Part shown: positions 9,325 through 19,061 of the stretch, piece after piece
Position numbering within the stretch: the first letter of the stretch is position 1
Layout: the number at the start of each line of letters is the position of its first letter
DNA from: a virus
Taxonomy: Duplodnaviria > Caudoviricetes
Direction: 5' to 3' (one strand)
Length of the DNA: 40,959 bases
IMG/VR virus record: IMGVR_UViG_3300006193_000016
Span: 1-40,959 of that record
Position numbers and translations under genes: made by a program
The notes under the pieces: generated by a model
The model's input: the letters and a program-made list of their open reading frames with translations, nothing else
Told to the model about the DNA's origin: nothing
Database searches by the model: none

Positions 9325-10527
9325 ATGTTTAGAATATTTTATGCAAATAGTGATGCAACGATGTATGAGGCAACTAGTCTTATAAATTATAATACTGGAT
9401 TAGACGAAATACTCGAAGTTGGTAAGCAATTAGACACTGATGGTGAAACATTAGTTAAGTCTAGATTTGTTGTAAAATTTGATATGTCTGAAATTCAAAA
9501 CACACTTGCAAAATATTCTGCAGAATTAAATTCATGTAAATTTGTACTTCAATTATTTACTACCCACGCAAAAAATTTACCGGCAGATTATACCTTGGAT
9601 TCTAAAATAATGGCACAACCATGGATTAATGGAACTGGGTTTGAAAATGATAGTGCTGCTACTACGGATGGTATATCGTGGGCTACTCCATTTGACTCAT
9701 GGTCATTTTCACCATCAGGATCTGCGACGGTTTCTGGATCATCGTGGATATCTAGTAGTCAAGTAATCAATACCGGAGCTCCGAGTTTATATATATCTGG
9801 AAGTGGAGCTGGTGGTAGTTGGTTGTGGCAGTCTGGAAGTGGATATTTTAACACATCATCATTTGACTCAGTATATTTTTATCAACCAGGTTTAAATGAA
9901 TCAGAAGCATTCTCATATAGACCAACTGATATTAACATGGATGTTACTGGTGCTGTAAAAACATGGATATCTGGTAGTGGCGGGGTTGATGTCGAAAATA
10001 ATGGATTCTTAATTAAGTTTTCCGATACCGATGAAGCCGATGTTACTAAAACCGGGATCATTAGATTTTTTAGTCGAGAAACACATACTATATATGTTCC
10101 TAGATTAACGATGTACTGGGATAACAGCACTTTTACAACAGGATCAATGTCGTCTGTGGATCTTGAGTCATATTTAACTTATAGCAAGACAAAACCAACG
10201 TATAAAGATACTGAGATAACTAAAGTTAGGATATATGCTCGCGATAAATATCCACAAAAGTCACCGACAAATTTATTTCCTACCCAAACAGTTAAACATT
10301 TACCGTCGACTACATATTACGCAATACGAGATGCCGCTACAGATGAGTACATTATTCCGTTTGATAATATTTATAATAAAGTAAGTTGTGATACTACTAG
10401 TAATTTTATCTATGTAGATATGAATAGTTTTATGCCGGAACGATATTACCGCATTGAATTAAAAGTAATAGATGGATTTACCGAAGAGTATATTGACGAC
10501 CAAATTTATTTTAAAGTAGTTAGATAA
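9325..10527 (+). CDS. Virion structural protein (DNRLRE-like beta domain)
   Basis: DATMYE...NTGLDEILEV...SRFVVKFD...DVTGAVKTW...NNGFLIK...FFSRET...PRL pattern. Confidence 0.6.
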   Translation: MFRIFYANSDATMYEATSLINYNTGLDEILEVGKQLDTDGETLVKSRFVVKFDMSEIQNTLAKYSAELNSCKFVLQLFTTHAKNLPADYTLDSKIMAQPWINGTGFENDSAATTDGISWATPFDSWSFSPSGSATVSGSSWISSSQVINTGAPSLYISGSGAGGSWLWQSGSGYFNTSSFDSVYFYQPGLNESEAFSYRPTDINMDVTGAVKTWISGSGGVDVENNGFLIKFSDTDEADVTKTGIIRFFSRETHTIYVPRLTMYWDNSTFTTGSMSSVDLESYLTYSKTKPTYKDTEITKVRIYARDKYPQKSPTNLFPTQTVKHLPSTTYYAIRDAATDEYIIPFDNIYNKVSCDTTSNFIYVDMNSFMPERYYRIELKVIDGFTEEYIDDQIYFKVVR

Positions 10528-11330
10528 TGGCAATCGATAAACAAAAATTATTAGATCCAATTGATTTAGAGTTACAATCAAAGTATCAAGAACTAGGTAT
10601 TACTTATTTGTCAAATAATAATTCCGTAGTGAATAGAGACAGTGCAGGCAATGTAGTGTTAATAGAAAATGAATCAAATCCATTATTAATAATACAACCC
10701 GTTGTAAAACAATTAATTAATCGATCGGTAATAAAAGTTATTGACACACAGTTTAATTATTTTAAATTTCCAGTTCGAGTTATACAATCTCCTATTGATT
10801 TAGATTTAGATGTTGAATTCGGTACCGATGCATCGTATGCAAGATACAAACCACCATATGGATATGGCGAAGGAGAAATACCATTTAATGCTACATCATA
10901 TGACCCGGTCGATTTTAGTGAAGTAGTAGAAGGATTACCACAGATTTCACCTAGTAGTTATACTATATCTAAAGAAATTAAAAACTCCGGAATTGATTTA
11001 AGATTTAGAATAAAAATTAATTATAGAGTCGATTCTGATTTGCCAGAACAATTTGCTGGATTTTCTATTATAAAGTCAGGCCCCGACCTTACGCCACAAC
11101 CGCAATTTAGAAAATTCCCAGATCAAGAAAGTTTAAACCAATATGCAGTTCGTAACGCTGAATTAGATATAGTTATCTTAAATTCACAATTTGAAATTGG
11201 CACTGAGTTTCAAATTGGTGCTCAGTCTAAACCAATTGATGCAAATCATAGTATCAATGGCGGACAAAGTTATTGGGTAATTACCGATGCTGCAAAAAAT
11301 GTAGATTTGTGGAATCAGGAAATTGAATAA
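10527..11330 (+). CDS. Hypothetical virion protein
   Basis: 267-aa ORF, TAATG-coupled on both sides within the structural operon. Confidence 0.75.
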   Translation: MAIDKQKLLDPIDLELQSKYQELGITYLSNNNSVVNRDSAGNVVLIENESNPLLIIQPVVKQLINRSVIKVIDTQFNYFKFPVRVIQSPIDLDLDVEFGTDASYARYKPPYGYGEGEIPFNATSYDPVDFSEVVEGLPQISPSSYTISKEIKNSGIDLRFRIKINYRVDSDLPEQFAGFSIIKSGPDLTPQPQFRKFPDQESLNQYAVRNAELDIVILNSQFEIGTEFQIGAQSKPIDANHSINGGQSYWVITDAAKNVDLWNQEIE

Positions 11331-14300
11331 TGTTAACACAATATAAAAATATCGACCGAATTAATACCGCTGCAAAATCAGTGGCAGCAAATAGATTTGT
11401 AAAATCTAAATCTGATTTATTTTCATATATTGCAAATCAAACAGTAATTCCCAATACTGATATTTTAACCGGCACTGTAGATAATAGAATTGAATTTCAT
11501 GTTTATTCAAATGATACATGGATTTCTGGAAATCATAAAATTTCATTTCAAAATCAAATCCCAGAATTTAAAGATTCTATAACCAATCAGAGTATCAATG
11601 TTAATACGGCAATTGGATTTGATATTTATAATGAATTTGAAAAATTAAATATTACATCTGGTAATTTTCGTATTGTTTTAAATTTCTTTAAGAATTTAAT
11701 TGGTAGTTTTGAACAACAACATTTACGTATAGATGAAATTTCGCCAGATAGGAAAGAAATACGATTAAGAGCGATTGACGATACAAATCCTGAATTTTTA
11801 ACTCAAATTACAAATTATATTCAATCTGTTAATCAAACATCAGATAAAGGTATATATAAATCATATCTATTAAATTTTAGTAGAAATCAATGTGTTCATT
11901 TTGTTAATAGTGTTGTTATTGGCGAATATGTTTATGTTAAACTGCAAGATGCATTACCAGAACAATTTGATACTGATTTTAAATGTTGGATTGTAGAAGA
12001 GCAGAAAGATGCATATATCGATCGAATTAATATATTAGCATCTCAAGTTAAAAAAACATTTACTGCATTGTCAAATCCAAATTGGCAAGCAAATTATTCA
12101 TATGATACTTCTGCAGAAACTGGACTTAAAAATTGGACGGACCTATTAGGATCATCAATACAAACATCACAACAAGTAGTCGATCATTATTTTTCAGGTA
12201 GTTTATCTGGAATGTCATTAAATATTGATTATTCTGATTTTAATAATTTTGTATTTTATAGTTCGGCAGTTGAACGATTAGAAAATTTTAAATATAAACT
12301 AGAATTAATTGAATATTATACATCACAAAGCATTGTAATATCTGGTATATCAGGTAGTGTTGCTACTACAAATCAGTCTGATTTTAATACACTCAAAACT
12401 AATCTAATCGGTGGATTTGATAAATTTGAACATTATCTTTACTATGAATCATCGTCTAAATTAACTACACATGAAATTCCAGTAATTGATGCAACCGTGC
12501 CACAAGTAACCGGCAGTTATATACAACCAGTACCAAAATTAAATAATACAATTCCATATGCGTTAACGTCTATTACTAGTAGTCAATTTACATCTTGGTA
12601 TAATATAATTTATGAAAGTGCATCATTATATGATAATTTAAATAATAATGCATTGATATATGCTGTCCCGGAACATATAAAATTAAACCCAGGATATTCA
12701 CAAGTTAGTACATTTGTTTATATGTTAGCACAACATTATGATGTGTTATATACATATATTAATAATATGACTCGAATTAATAATCGGGAAGAAAATCCTA
12801 AATTAGGAATGCCTAATGAATTATTATATTCTGTAGCAAAGCAATTTGGTTGGAATTTAACAGATGGCAATCAATATCAAGAATTATGGGAATATGCTTT
12901 AGGTGTAAGTGAAACCGGTACTCCGTTAACTGGATCAAACTCTGTTGGAGATCCATCCGTCCCAGGTCAGAATATGACATATACTGTATGGCGTCGTATT
13001 GTAAATAATTTACCATTATTATTAAAGTCTAAGGGAACTAAGCGAAGTATAAGAGCATTATTATCTTGTTATGGCATACCTGAGTCATTTATTACAATTA
13101 ATGAATATGGTGGACCTAGATTAGACAGAGCTCCTATATATGAAAAATTAAATTTCGATTATGCATTAGATTTAATTACAAATACAGCAGGAACTGTTAC
13201 TGTAAATTATTCACAATCAATTGATACTGTACAATTACGTTTCCGTACAGATGATGTAATAAAGACTCCAACATTACCAAGCACAATGAATTTATTTACA
13301 ATTGGTAGTAATACGGTAACATTAGATTATACAAGTGGCACATTAGGTACGGTTCAAATTAATGGTACTAGTAGTGCAAATATTGAATTATTCGATGGTG
13401 GATATTTAACTACCATGTTACGCACAAATGGCGATAAATTAGAAGCTGTTACTAAAAAATCTAAATATGGAAAAATTGTAGCAGCGGTATCATCCTCAGC
13501 GACTGCTTCTTTTGATTTTGAAAGTACATTAACATTAGGTGGCACTACTGGCGGAAGCAGATTACAAGGACAATTACAAGAATTAAGATTTTGGAGTTCT
13601 AGTCTTGGAGATTCGGCATTTAATAATCATGTAACTGCCCCGGCTGCATATGATGGTAATATAAATGCATATGATGAATTGGTATTTCGATTACCATTAA
13701 CACAAAAAATTGATCATGCAACTACAAGTAGTTTAATTGGGGTAGAGCCAAATGCATCTGGTATATCTGCATCATTTGCTAGTTGGACTAATAATACTCC
13801 ATATGATTCAATTGAAGAAACATATTATTATGACGGTATATCATTAGGTGCTGGAACATTTGATGATAATAAAATTCGTTTGGAAGATAATGATTTAATA
13901 GGAAGTTTAGACGTTAAAACTAGAGCAGAGCGTAGTCAATTTGATAAAGCTCCATTAGATAGTAAAAAACTAGGAGTATATTTTTCTCCACAAACAATGG
14001 TTGATGAAGATATTATTGCTCAATTAGGATTTACGAGTCTAGATGAATATATAGGAGATCCTGGCAGTGTAAATAAAAATGCATATCCAGAATTAATACA
14101 ACAAGCAGAAGAATATTGGAAAAAATATGCAGATAAAAATGACATTAATGCATATATTAATATGTTTACATTATTTGATTTATCATTCTTTAAACAATTA
14201 GACCAGTTATTACCTGCTCGTGTTGATAAATTAACTGGTATATTAATTCAACCAAATATACTTGAACGTAATAAAGATACAATATTACCTACCATTCAAA

Positions 14301-14872
14301 AATTTAATGATGCATATTCAGTTACTATTGCTAATATGGATCCTACCGCATCTGCTAATTATTTACAATATACTGGCAGTGTCGATGGCAAAATTTTAAC
14401 TTTATCTGCAAATGATGACGATCAATGGCAAGGATATTTAACTTCATCGGTTGCGTCAAAATACGGTGGAACGACCTATATATATGAAAATTTAATTAGA
14501 TCTGGTAGTACTTATATAACATCATCTACTCCATATTGGAGAAGTGAAGGAGACTTGCCTGTAATTATATCAGCAAGTTTATCTGAATTTAAAATGGTTA
14601 CATTGGTACCGCCTGGAGATTATGGTGGATATGCATATGGGGCTGGATCGTATGATATAACTGGATCGTTAGCATTTGCTCAAACGCAAGATTATTTACC
14701 AACGGGAATATTTCGACAAAAATACGATGGATCTAAGTTAACGAGTGCAGATTTTAATATAGCATCAAGACAAACTGTTGATGGTGGTGCACCGGTAGAA
14801 TATCGCTCAGCTAATCCAAATCAATTGATATATCAAGATAATGGCGAACAAGGCAGTTTTGTGTTAGTATAA
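11330..14872 (+). CDS. Large baseplate protein (gp7 / P2 gpI-like region plus LamG-like domain)
   Basis: LLYSVAKQFGW...LLLKSKGTKRSIRALLSCYG resembles tail protein I; LTLGG...LQGQLQELRFW resembles a LamG C-terminus. Confidence 0.6.
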   Translation: MLTQYKNIDRINTAAKSVAANRFVKSKSDLFSYIANQTVIPNTDILTGTVDNRIEFHVYSNDTWISGNHKISFQNQIPEFKDSITNQSINVNTAIGFDIYNEFEKLNITSGNFRIVLNFFKNLIGSFEQQHLRIDEISPDRKEIRLRAIDDTNPEFLTQITNYIQSVNQTSDKGIYKSYLLNFSRNQCVHFVNSVVIGEYVYVKLQDALPEQFDTDFKCWIVEEQKDAYIDRINILASQVKKTFTALSNPNWQANYSYDTSAETGLKNWTDLLGSSIQTSQQVVDHYFSGSLSGMSLNIDYSDFNNFVFYSSAVERLENFKYKLELIEYYTSQSIVISGISGSVATTNQSDFNTLKTNLIGGFDKFEHYLYYESSSKLTTHEIPVIDATVPQVTGSYIQPVPKLNNTIPYALTSITSSQFTSWYNIIYESASLYDNLNNNALIYAVPEHIKLNPGYSQVSTFVYMLAQHYDVLYTYINNMTRINNREENPKLGMPNELLYSVAKQFGWNLTDGNQYQELWEYALGVSETGTPLTGSNSVGDPSVPGQNMTYTVWRRIVNNLPLLLKSKGTKRSIRALLSCYGIPESFITINEYGGPRLDRAPIYEKLNFDYALDLITNTAGTVTVNYSQSIDTVQLRFRTDDVIKTPTLPSTMNLFTIGSNTVTLDYTSGTLGTVQINGTSSANIELFDGGYLTTMLRTNGDKLEAVTKKSKYGKIVAAVSSSATASFDFESTLTLGGTTGGSRLQGQLQELRFWSSSLGDSAFNNHVTAPAAYDGNINAYDELVFRLPLTQKIDHATTSSLIGVEPNASGISASFASWTNNTPYDSIEETYYYDGISLGAGTFDDNKIRLEDNDLIGSLDVKTRAERSQFDKAPLDSKKLGVYFSPQTMVDEDIIAQLGFTSLDEYIGDPGSVNKNAYPELIQQAEEYWKKYADKNDINAYINMFTLFDLSFFKQLDQLLPARVDKLTGILIQPNILERNKDTILPTIQKFNDAYSVTIANMDPTASANYLQYTGSVDGKILTLSANDDDQWQGYLTSSVASKYGGTTYIYENLIRSGSTYITSSTPYWRSEGDLPVIISASLSEFKMVTLVPPGDYGGYAYGAGSYDITGSLAFAQTQDYLPTGIFRQKYDGSKLTSADFNIASRQTVDGGAPVEYRSANPNQLIYQDNGEQGSFVLV

Positions 14873-14895
14873 AACACCAGAAAATAACATTAGTT

Positions 14896-14909
14896 ATATT
14901 TATATAAAA
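14896..14909 (+). promoter_or_regulatory. Class B promoter
   Basis: ATATTTATATAAAA. Confidence 0.65.
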
Positions 14910-14924
14910 TTAAGGTAAAACAAT

Positions 14925-15584
14925 ATGGGATATTTAAATAATTCAACGGTAACGGTTGATGCGATATTAACTCTTAAAGGACGAGAATTATTAGCAAAGG
15001 GTGGTAATTCATTTAATATTACACAATTTGCAGTAGGAGATGATGAAATAGATTATTCATTATGGAATCCAGATCATCCATTGGGTACAAACTATTATGG
15101 TACTATTATAGAAAATATGCCTATAACAGAAGCAATACCTGATGAAACACAAGCATTAAAATATAAATTAGTAACACTACCAAAACAAACTACTAATTTA
15201 CCGGTTGTTAGTGTAGGTAATACATCTATTATATTAACCGGAGGACAAAGCTCTGTTATTTCTCCTGATACAACAAATATAAAAGGTGGTAATTCTAATT
15301 TAGGATATACATTTATATTATCCGATTCTACCGCAGCAACTTTACAGATAGATCAAGCGTTGCAAAATTCAGTACTACCTACGACTCCTAGATTTATTGG
15401 AGATAATGAAGATGCTCAAAGTGTTGCAGTCGCAGGATTCTCAATTAGAGTTGTAGCAAAAGATTTATTAAATACTGATAAAACTGCTACTATAACTGTT
15501 ATTGGAAATGAAACTGGTGGTAGTATTACTATAAATTTAACTGTGAATAGGATAACTGCCGTGAATGCTTTATCGGCATCATAA
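14925..15584 (+). CDS. Baseplate/tail-collar protein
   Basis: ILTLKGRELLAKGGNSFNITQFAVGDD resembles the N-terminal half of the P2 gpH/DUF3751 collar domain; Ig-like C-terminus. Confidence 0.6.
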   Translation: MGYLNNSTVTVDAILTLKGRELLAKGGNSFNITQFAVGDDEIDYSLWNPDHPLGTNYYGTIIENMPITEAIPDETQALKYKLVTLPKQTTNLPVVSVGNTSIILTGGQSSVISPDTTNIKGGNSNLGYTFILSDSTAATLQIDQALQNSVLPTTPRFIGDNEDAQSVAVAGFSIRVVAKDLLNTDKTATITVIGNETGGSITINLTVNRITAVNALSAS

Positions 15585-15588
15585 AAAG

Positions 15589-16866
15589 ATGAATATGAAA
15601 ACAATTATACAATTAAAAAAACAACAACGACTAGGTGGGGTTCCTCCGCGAAGTGAACGTCAGCCTGATCGAACAAGTATTCCTCAAAATACCGTCGGGG
15701 CAGATGCAATTAATCAGCAAGTACAACAATTGGCTCAACAATTAGCTAATGAAATTATTGCTGAACAACAACAAGCACAAATTATTGCAAGGAATGGTAG
15801 AACGTTTACAAAATTCGATACTGTTAATGATATTGTAGACAATCAAACTGAAACTGTTACTGCTGGGTTATGGAGTGGTAATACCGCAAGTTTAACTACA
15901 TATTTTACCAGTTCAATTGAAACTACATCACAACGTAGATATTATATAGACACATATGATGGCGCACCTAGTTTAACAGATTCAGCAGTTCAATTTTCAT
16001 TGGCATTCGGTCATGCATTAGGAAGTGGTTCGGATTCACAAGGGCAACTTAATGACTCTCCATCTAAAGCAATATATTCTCAATACCGACAATTATTATT
16101 AAATCCAAATGATAGTAGATTTACTACTGCCGGCTCTGGAAGTACTGATTATTTTTATGCGGTTAATTTTAAACGTAATAGATTGAAAGAACGATTAGAT
16201 GCTGGTAATTTTGAATTACCGTTACGATTTATGTCTGCTTCATTAGACACGAATGCTACCGGTAGTAATGTTGCTGTTAGTAGTAGTGTTGTATATTCTT
16301 TAATTGACGATTCATCTCTTGCAAGTGCAACGGTTGGAGATTCTGGTAGAGTTTATAATATAGTATCTGGATCTATTAATAGTGGAGTATTTAATCCTAC
16401 CGCACCAGTATATTATGGATTAGCATATCCAGATTTTGGGACATTGATATTAGACGGTAAAATGTTAGATCAACAACTTAATTTTCAAACAAATACTGGT
16501 TCTAGTTCTGAAGGAAATAATCATTTCCGTTTATTCCATTCTGTATCTGGATCGGCTTTATTAACAAATCCCGAAACAAGTGACCCATATGGCTTCCTAG
16601 CTAGGAATTCTGAAAAAATAACAAGTACACATTATTTTGTAAGGATTAAAAATGCAGAATATAACTTCTCAAACAACCCATCATATGTTACTGGTAGTGT
16701 TGGAGAATTATCACAAACTACATTTGTAGGCGATCCTAAAACATATATCACAACAGTAGGCTTATATAATGGCTCACAAGAATTATTAGCAGTTGCTAAA
16801 TTATCTAAACCGTTATTAAAATCATTTCAACGAGAAGCATTGATACGTGTTAAGTTAGATTTCTAA
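15589..16866 (+). CDS. Baseplate/tail structural protein
   Basis: C-terminal YITTVGLYNGSQELLAVAKLSKPLLK. The start is probably ATG15589 or ATG15595, not 15565, which overlaps the upstream gene. Confidence 0.7.
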   Translation: MNMKTIIQLKKQQRLGGVPPRSERQPDRTSIPQNTVGADAINQQVQQLAQQLANEIIAEQQQAQIIARNGRTFTKFDTVNDIVDNQTETVTAGLWSGNTASLTTYFTSSIETTSQRRYYIDTYDGAPSLTDSAVQFSLAFGHALGSGSDSQGQLNDSPSKAIYSQYRQLLLNPNDSRFTTAGSGSTDYFYAVNFKRNRLKERLDAGNFELPLRFMSASLDTNATGSNVAVSSSVVYSLIDDSSLASATVGDSGRVYNIVSGSINSGVFNPTAPVYYGLAYPDFGTLILDGKMLDQQLNFQTNTGSSSEGNNHFRLFHSVSGSALLTNPETSDPYGFLARNSEKITSTHYFVRIKNAEYNFSNNPSYVTGSVGELSQTTFVGDPKTYITTVGLYNGSQELLAVAKLSKPLLKSFQREALIRVKLDF

Positions 16867-16883
16867 ATTAAACCATAAGATTT

Positions 16884-16923
16884 AAGCCCCGGTATATTTA
16901 TATTAAATGTCTCGGGGCTTTTT
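16884..16923 (+). terminator. Intrinsic terminator with a nested class B promoter
   Basis: AAGCCCCG/CGGGGCTT stem, T-tract at 16919-16923, ATATTTATATTAAA at 16894-16907 inside the hairpin. Confidence 0.75.
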
Positions 16924-16929
16924 ACTATT

Positions 16930-18504
16930 ATGTCAGAAATAAAAATAAAAAATACAGAAAACCCATATCAAGGAGCATACCCAACCGTTTTTAAAAAAAT
17001 TGATCAGTCGGATGTAAAACTTAATCCATTTCAAGTTTTTAAAACGTTTCAATTTGTTTCAGGGAGTGCTACTAGTAGCGCGTTACCATTACAAGGTATA
17101 TATTCTGACTTAACTAATTTACCGGCTATTGGATCTGGATTAGTATATAATGATGCATCGAATATAGACAGCAGTTTGCAGAGTGTTATGTATTTTTCAA
17201 TTAATCATTTATATTATAAACGTAAATCACAACCAGCAAATACATTCGGCCCAACTAATTTAAATCGAACAAAAAAATTCTTATTTGAATCAGCTTCGGT
17301 TTTTTCTATTCCACAAAATAAAATTGGTGAAAGAATTAAACCTGCATCGTTTCAATTTACAAGTAGCGTATCAGGATCATACCACTCTGACAGATATGGT
17401 AATATTTTAGATTCTGGAATTAATACTTCATCTATTATTAGCGACGTTAAATTTTACGAAGGATTTAATGAGTATTTTGACCCTAGTAGAATTCACAATG
17501 AAACTGCCGGTGTTACATATGTCGATGGAATTCCAACTTCAAATGTTAAACAATTACCATTAGGATTATCGGGTAAATTTAGTGGTGCTGGTTATATTGA
17601 ATCTAATTTAGACGGTCAATATAATCGTGACTCAGATTACTCGATCTCAATGTTTATCAGTGGTACAAATTCAACGTCTAACGATCAATTAGTAGCAACT
17701 AAAGCAACGAGTTCATTGACCCAACAATACCCGTTTAGATTAGAACTAAGTGGTAGTAATCAATTAAAATTTAGTGCACAAGGAAGTAAAAATTTCAATA
17801 CAATGATTACATCATCGGCTGATGTGTCTAGTTCATGGACTCATGTAGTTTGTCAAAAAACAGGTAGTGAATTACAAATGTATATTGATGGTACATTACA
17901 TGCATCACAATCTAGTATATTGTTACAAGATATTCAATCTCCATTAACGGCTAGCTCTAGAATAGATAATTTACAAAATTTATCAATAGGCGGATTTGGT
18001 AGTTCTAGTATGAATTTACAAGGACAATTGGATGAAATACGAATATATAACAAAGCATTAACTGCAACTGAGGTTGGTTACTTAGCAAATCGAACTGAAG
18101 GTGGTACTACACTACAAACACAATTTGTCGGCAATGTATTTGGAAAACAAGGAATTGTTGTTTTATCGTCAGTCGATTACCGTATTAATGATCTATTAAA
18201 TACACCATATACTGCCTCATATAAAAGTACAGTTACGATACATGAATTGAGTACTATAACTAAATTAGACGCTGGTGATTTTAATATGTCGACAAATTTA
18301 ACACTAACAAAAGATAATAATGAAACATATCGAAGTTTTGTTTCCGGCAGTGATTTTTCACCTTATATAACTACAATTGGATTATATAATGAAGCAGGAC
18401 AATTGTTAGCTATTGGTAAATTAGCTCAACCAATTAAAAAACGTAGTGATGTTGATATGAATTTTTTAATCCGTTTAGATTTAGATAAAAATATAACAAA
18501 ATGA
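16930..18504 (+). CDS. LamG/concanavalin-like domain tail protein, C-terminal paralogue of the upstream gene
   Basis: WTHVVC...MYIDG...LSIGG...GQLDEIRIYNKALT (LamG); C-terminal YITTIGLYNEAGQLLAIGKLAQPIKK. Confidence 0.8.
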   Translation: MSEIKIKNTENPYQGAYPTVFKKIDQSDVKLNPFQVFKTFQFVSGSATSSALPLQGIYSDLTNLPAIGSGLVYNDASNIDSSLQSVMYFSINHLYYKRKSQPANTFGPTNLNRTKKFLFESASVFSIPQNKIGERIKPASFQFTSSVSGSYHSDRYGNILDSGINTSSIISDVKFYEGFNEYFDPSRIHNETAGVTYVDGIPTSNVKQLPLGLSGKFSGAGYIESNLDGQYNRDSDYSISMFISGTNSTSNDQLVATKATSSLTQQYPFRLELSGSNQLKFSAQGSKNFNTMITSSADVSSSWTHVVCQKTGSELQMYIDGTLHASQSSILLQDIQSPLTASSRIDNLQNLSIGGFGSSSMNLQGQLDEIRIYNKALTATEVGYLANRTEGGTTLQTQFVGNVFGKQGIVVLSSVDYRINDLLNTPYTASYKSTVTIHELSTITKLDAGDFNMSTNLTLTKDNNETYRSFVSGSDFSPYITTIGLYNEAGQLLAIGKLAQPIKKRSDVDMNFLIRLDLDKNITK

Positions 18505-19046
18505 TACGACTTAAAAACATATTAAATGAATTATCAGACAATGAATTATCTGTGTTATTAAGTAAAATAAAGAATGATGAATTCCGGTTTCTTGCACAAG
18601 GTGATAATGGTCGTGTATATGAAATTAATGGCGAAGACAAAGTTTTTAAAATTACTACCGAAACAGAAGAATTTGAAGTAGCAAGTGTAATTGTTGGACG
18701 TAAAGGTGAATTTAGTGCATTTATTCCAATTTATTATATCAATGAAAAAAAATTACTATATATAATGTCTAAAGCAGATCAATTATCAAACATAGACAAA
18801 CAAAATATAGAACAATTCTTGCAAGGATATAAAACATATGCTCATGGCCAAGGTGGGGAAATTTCTATATTTGATTATTTAAGTGATGATGGTGCTCGAG
18901 ATTTAGATCAGGAAGTAGTTTCATTTTTAAAATCATTGCAAACTGATGTTGGTAAAATGGGTATTTCAGAATTAGAATTAAATTTAGATTTTAAAACTGA
19001 TAATGTTATGAGATGGCAAGGAAAATTAGTATTAATAGATTGGTAG
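18501..19046 (+). CDS. Minimal protein-kinase-like fold protein
   Basis: LAQGDNGRVY (Gly loop), VFKIT (Lys), EEFE (alphaC), LDFKTDNVM (catalytic loop), LVLIDW (DFG equivalent). Confidence 0.8.
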   Translation: MIRLKNILNELSDNELSVLLSKIKNDEFRFLAQGDNGRVYEINGEDKVFKITTETEEFEVASVIVGRKGEFSAFIPIYYINEKKLLYIMSKADQLSNIDKQNIEQFLQGYKTYAHGQGGEISIFDYLSDDGARDLDQEVVSFLKSLQTDVGKMGISELELNLDFKTDNVMRWQGKLVLIDW

Positions 19047-19058
19047 ATATTTATATAT
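19047..19058 (+). promoter_or_regulatory. Class B promoter
   Basis: ATATTTATATAT nearly fills the 15-nt gap. Confidence 0.6.
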
Positions 19059-19061
19059 AGA

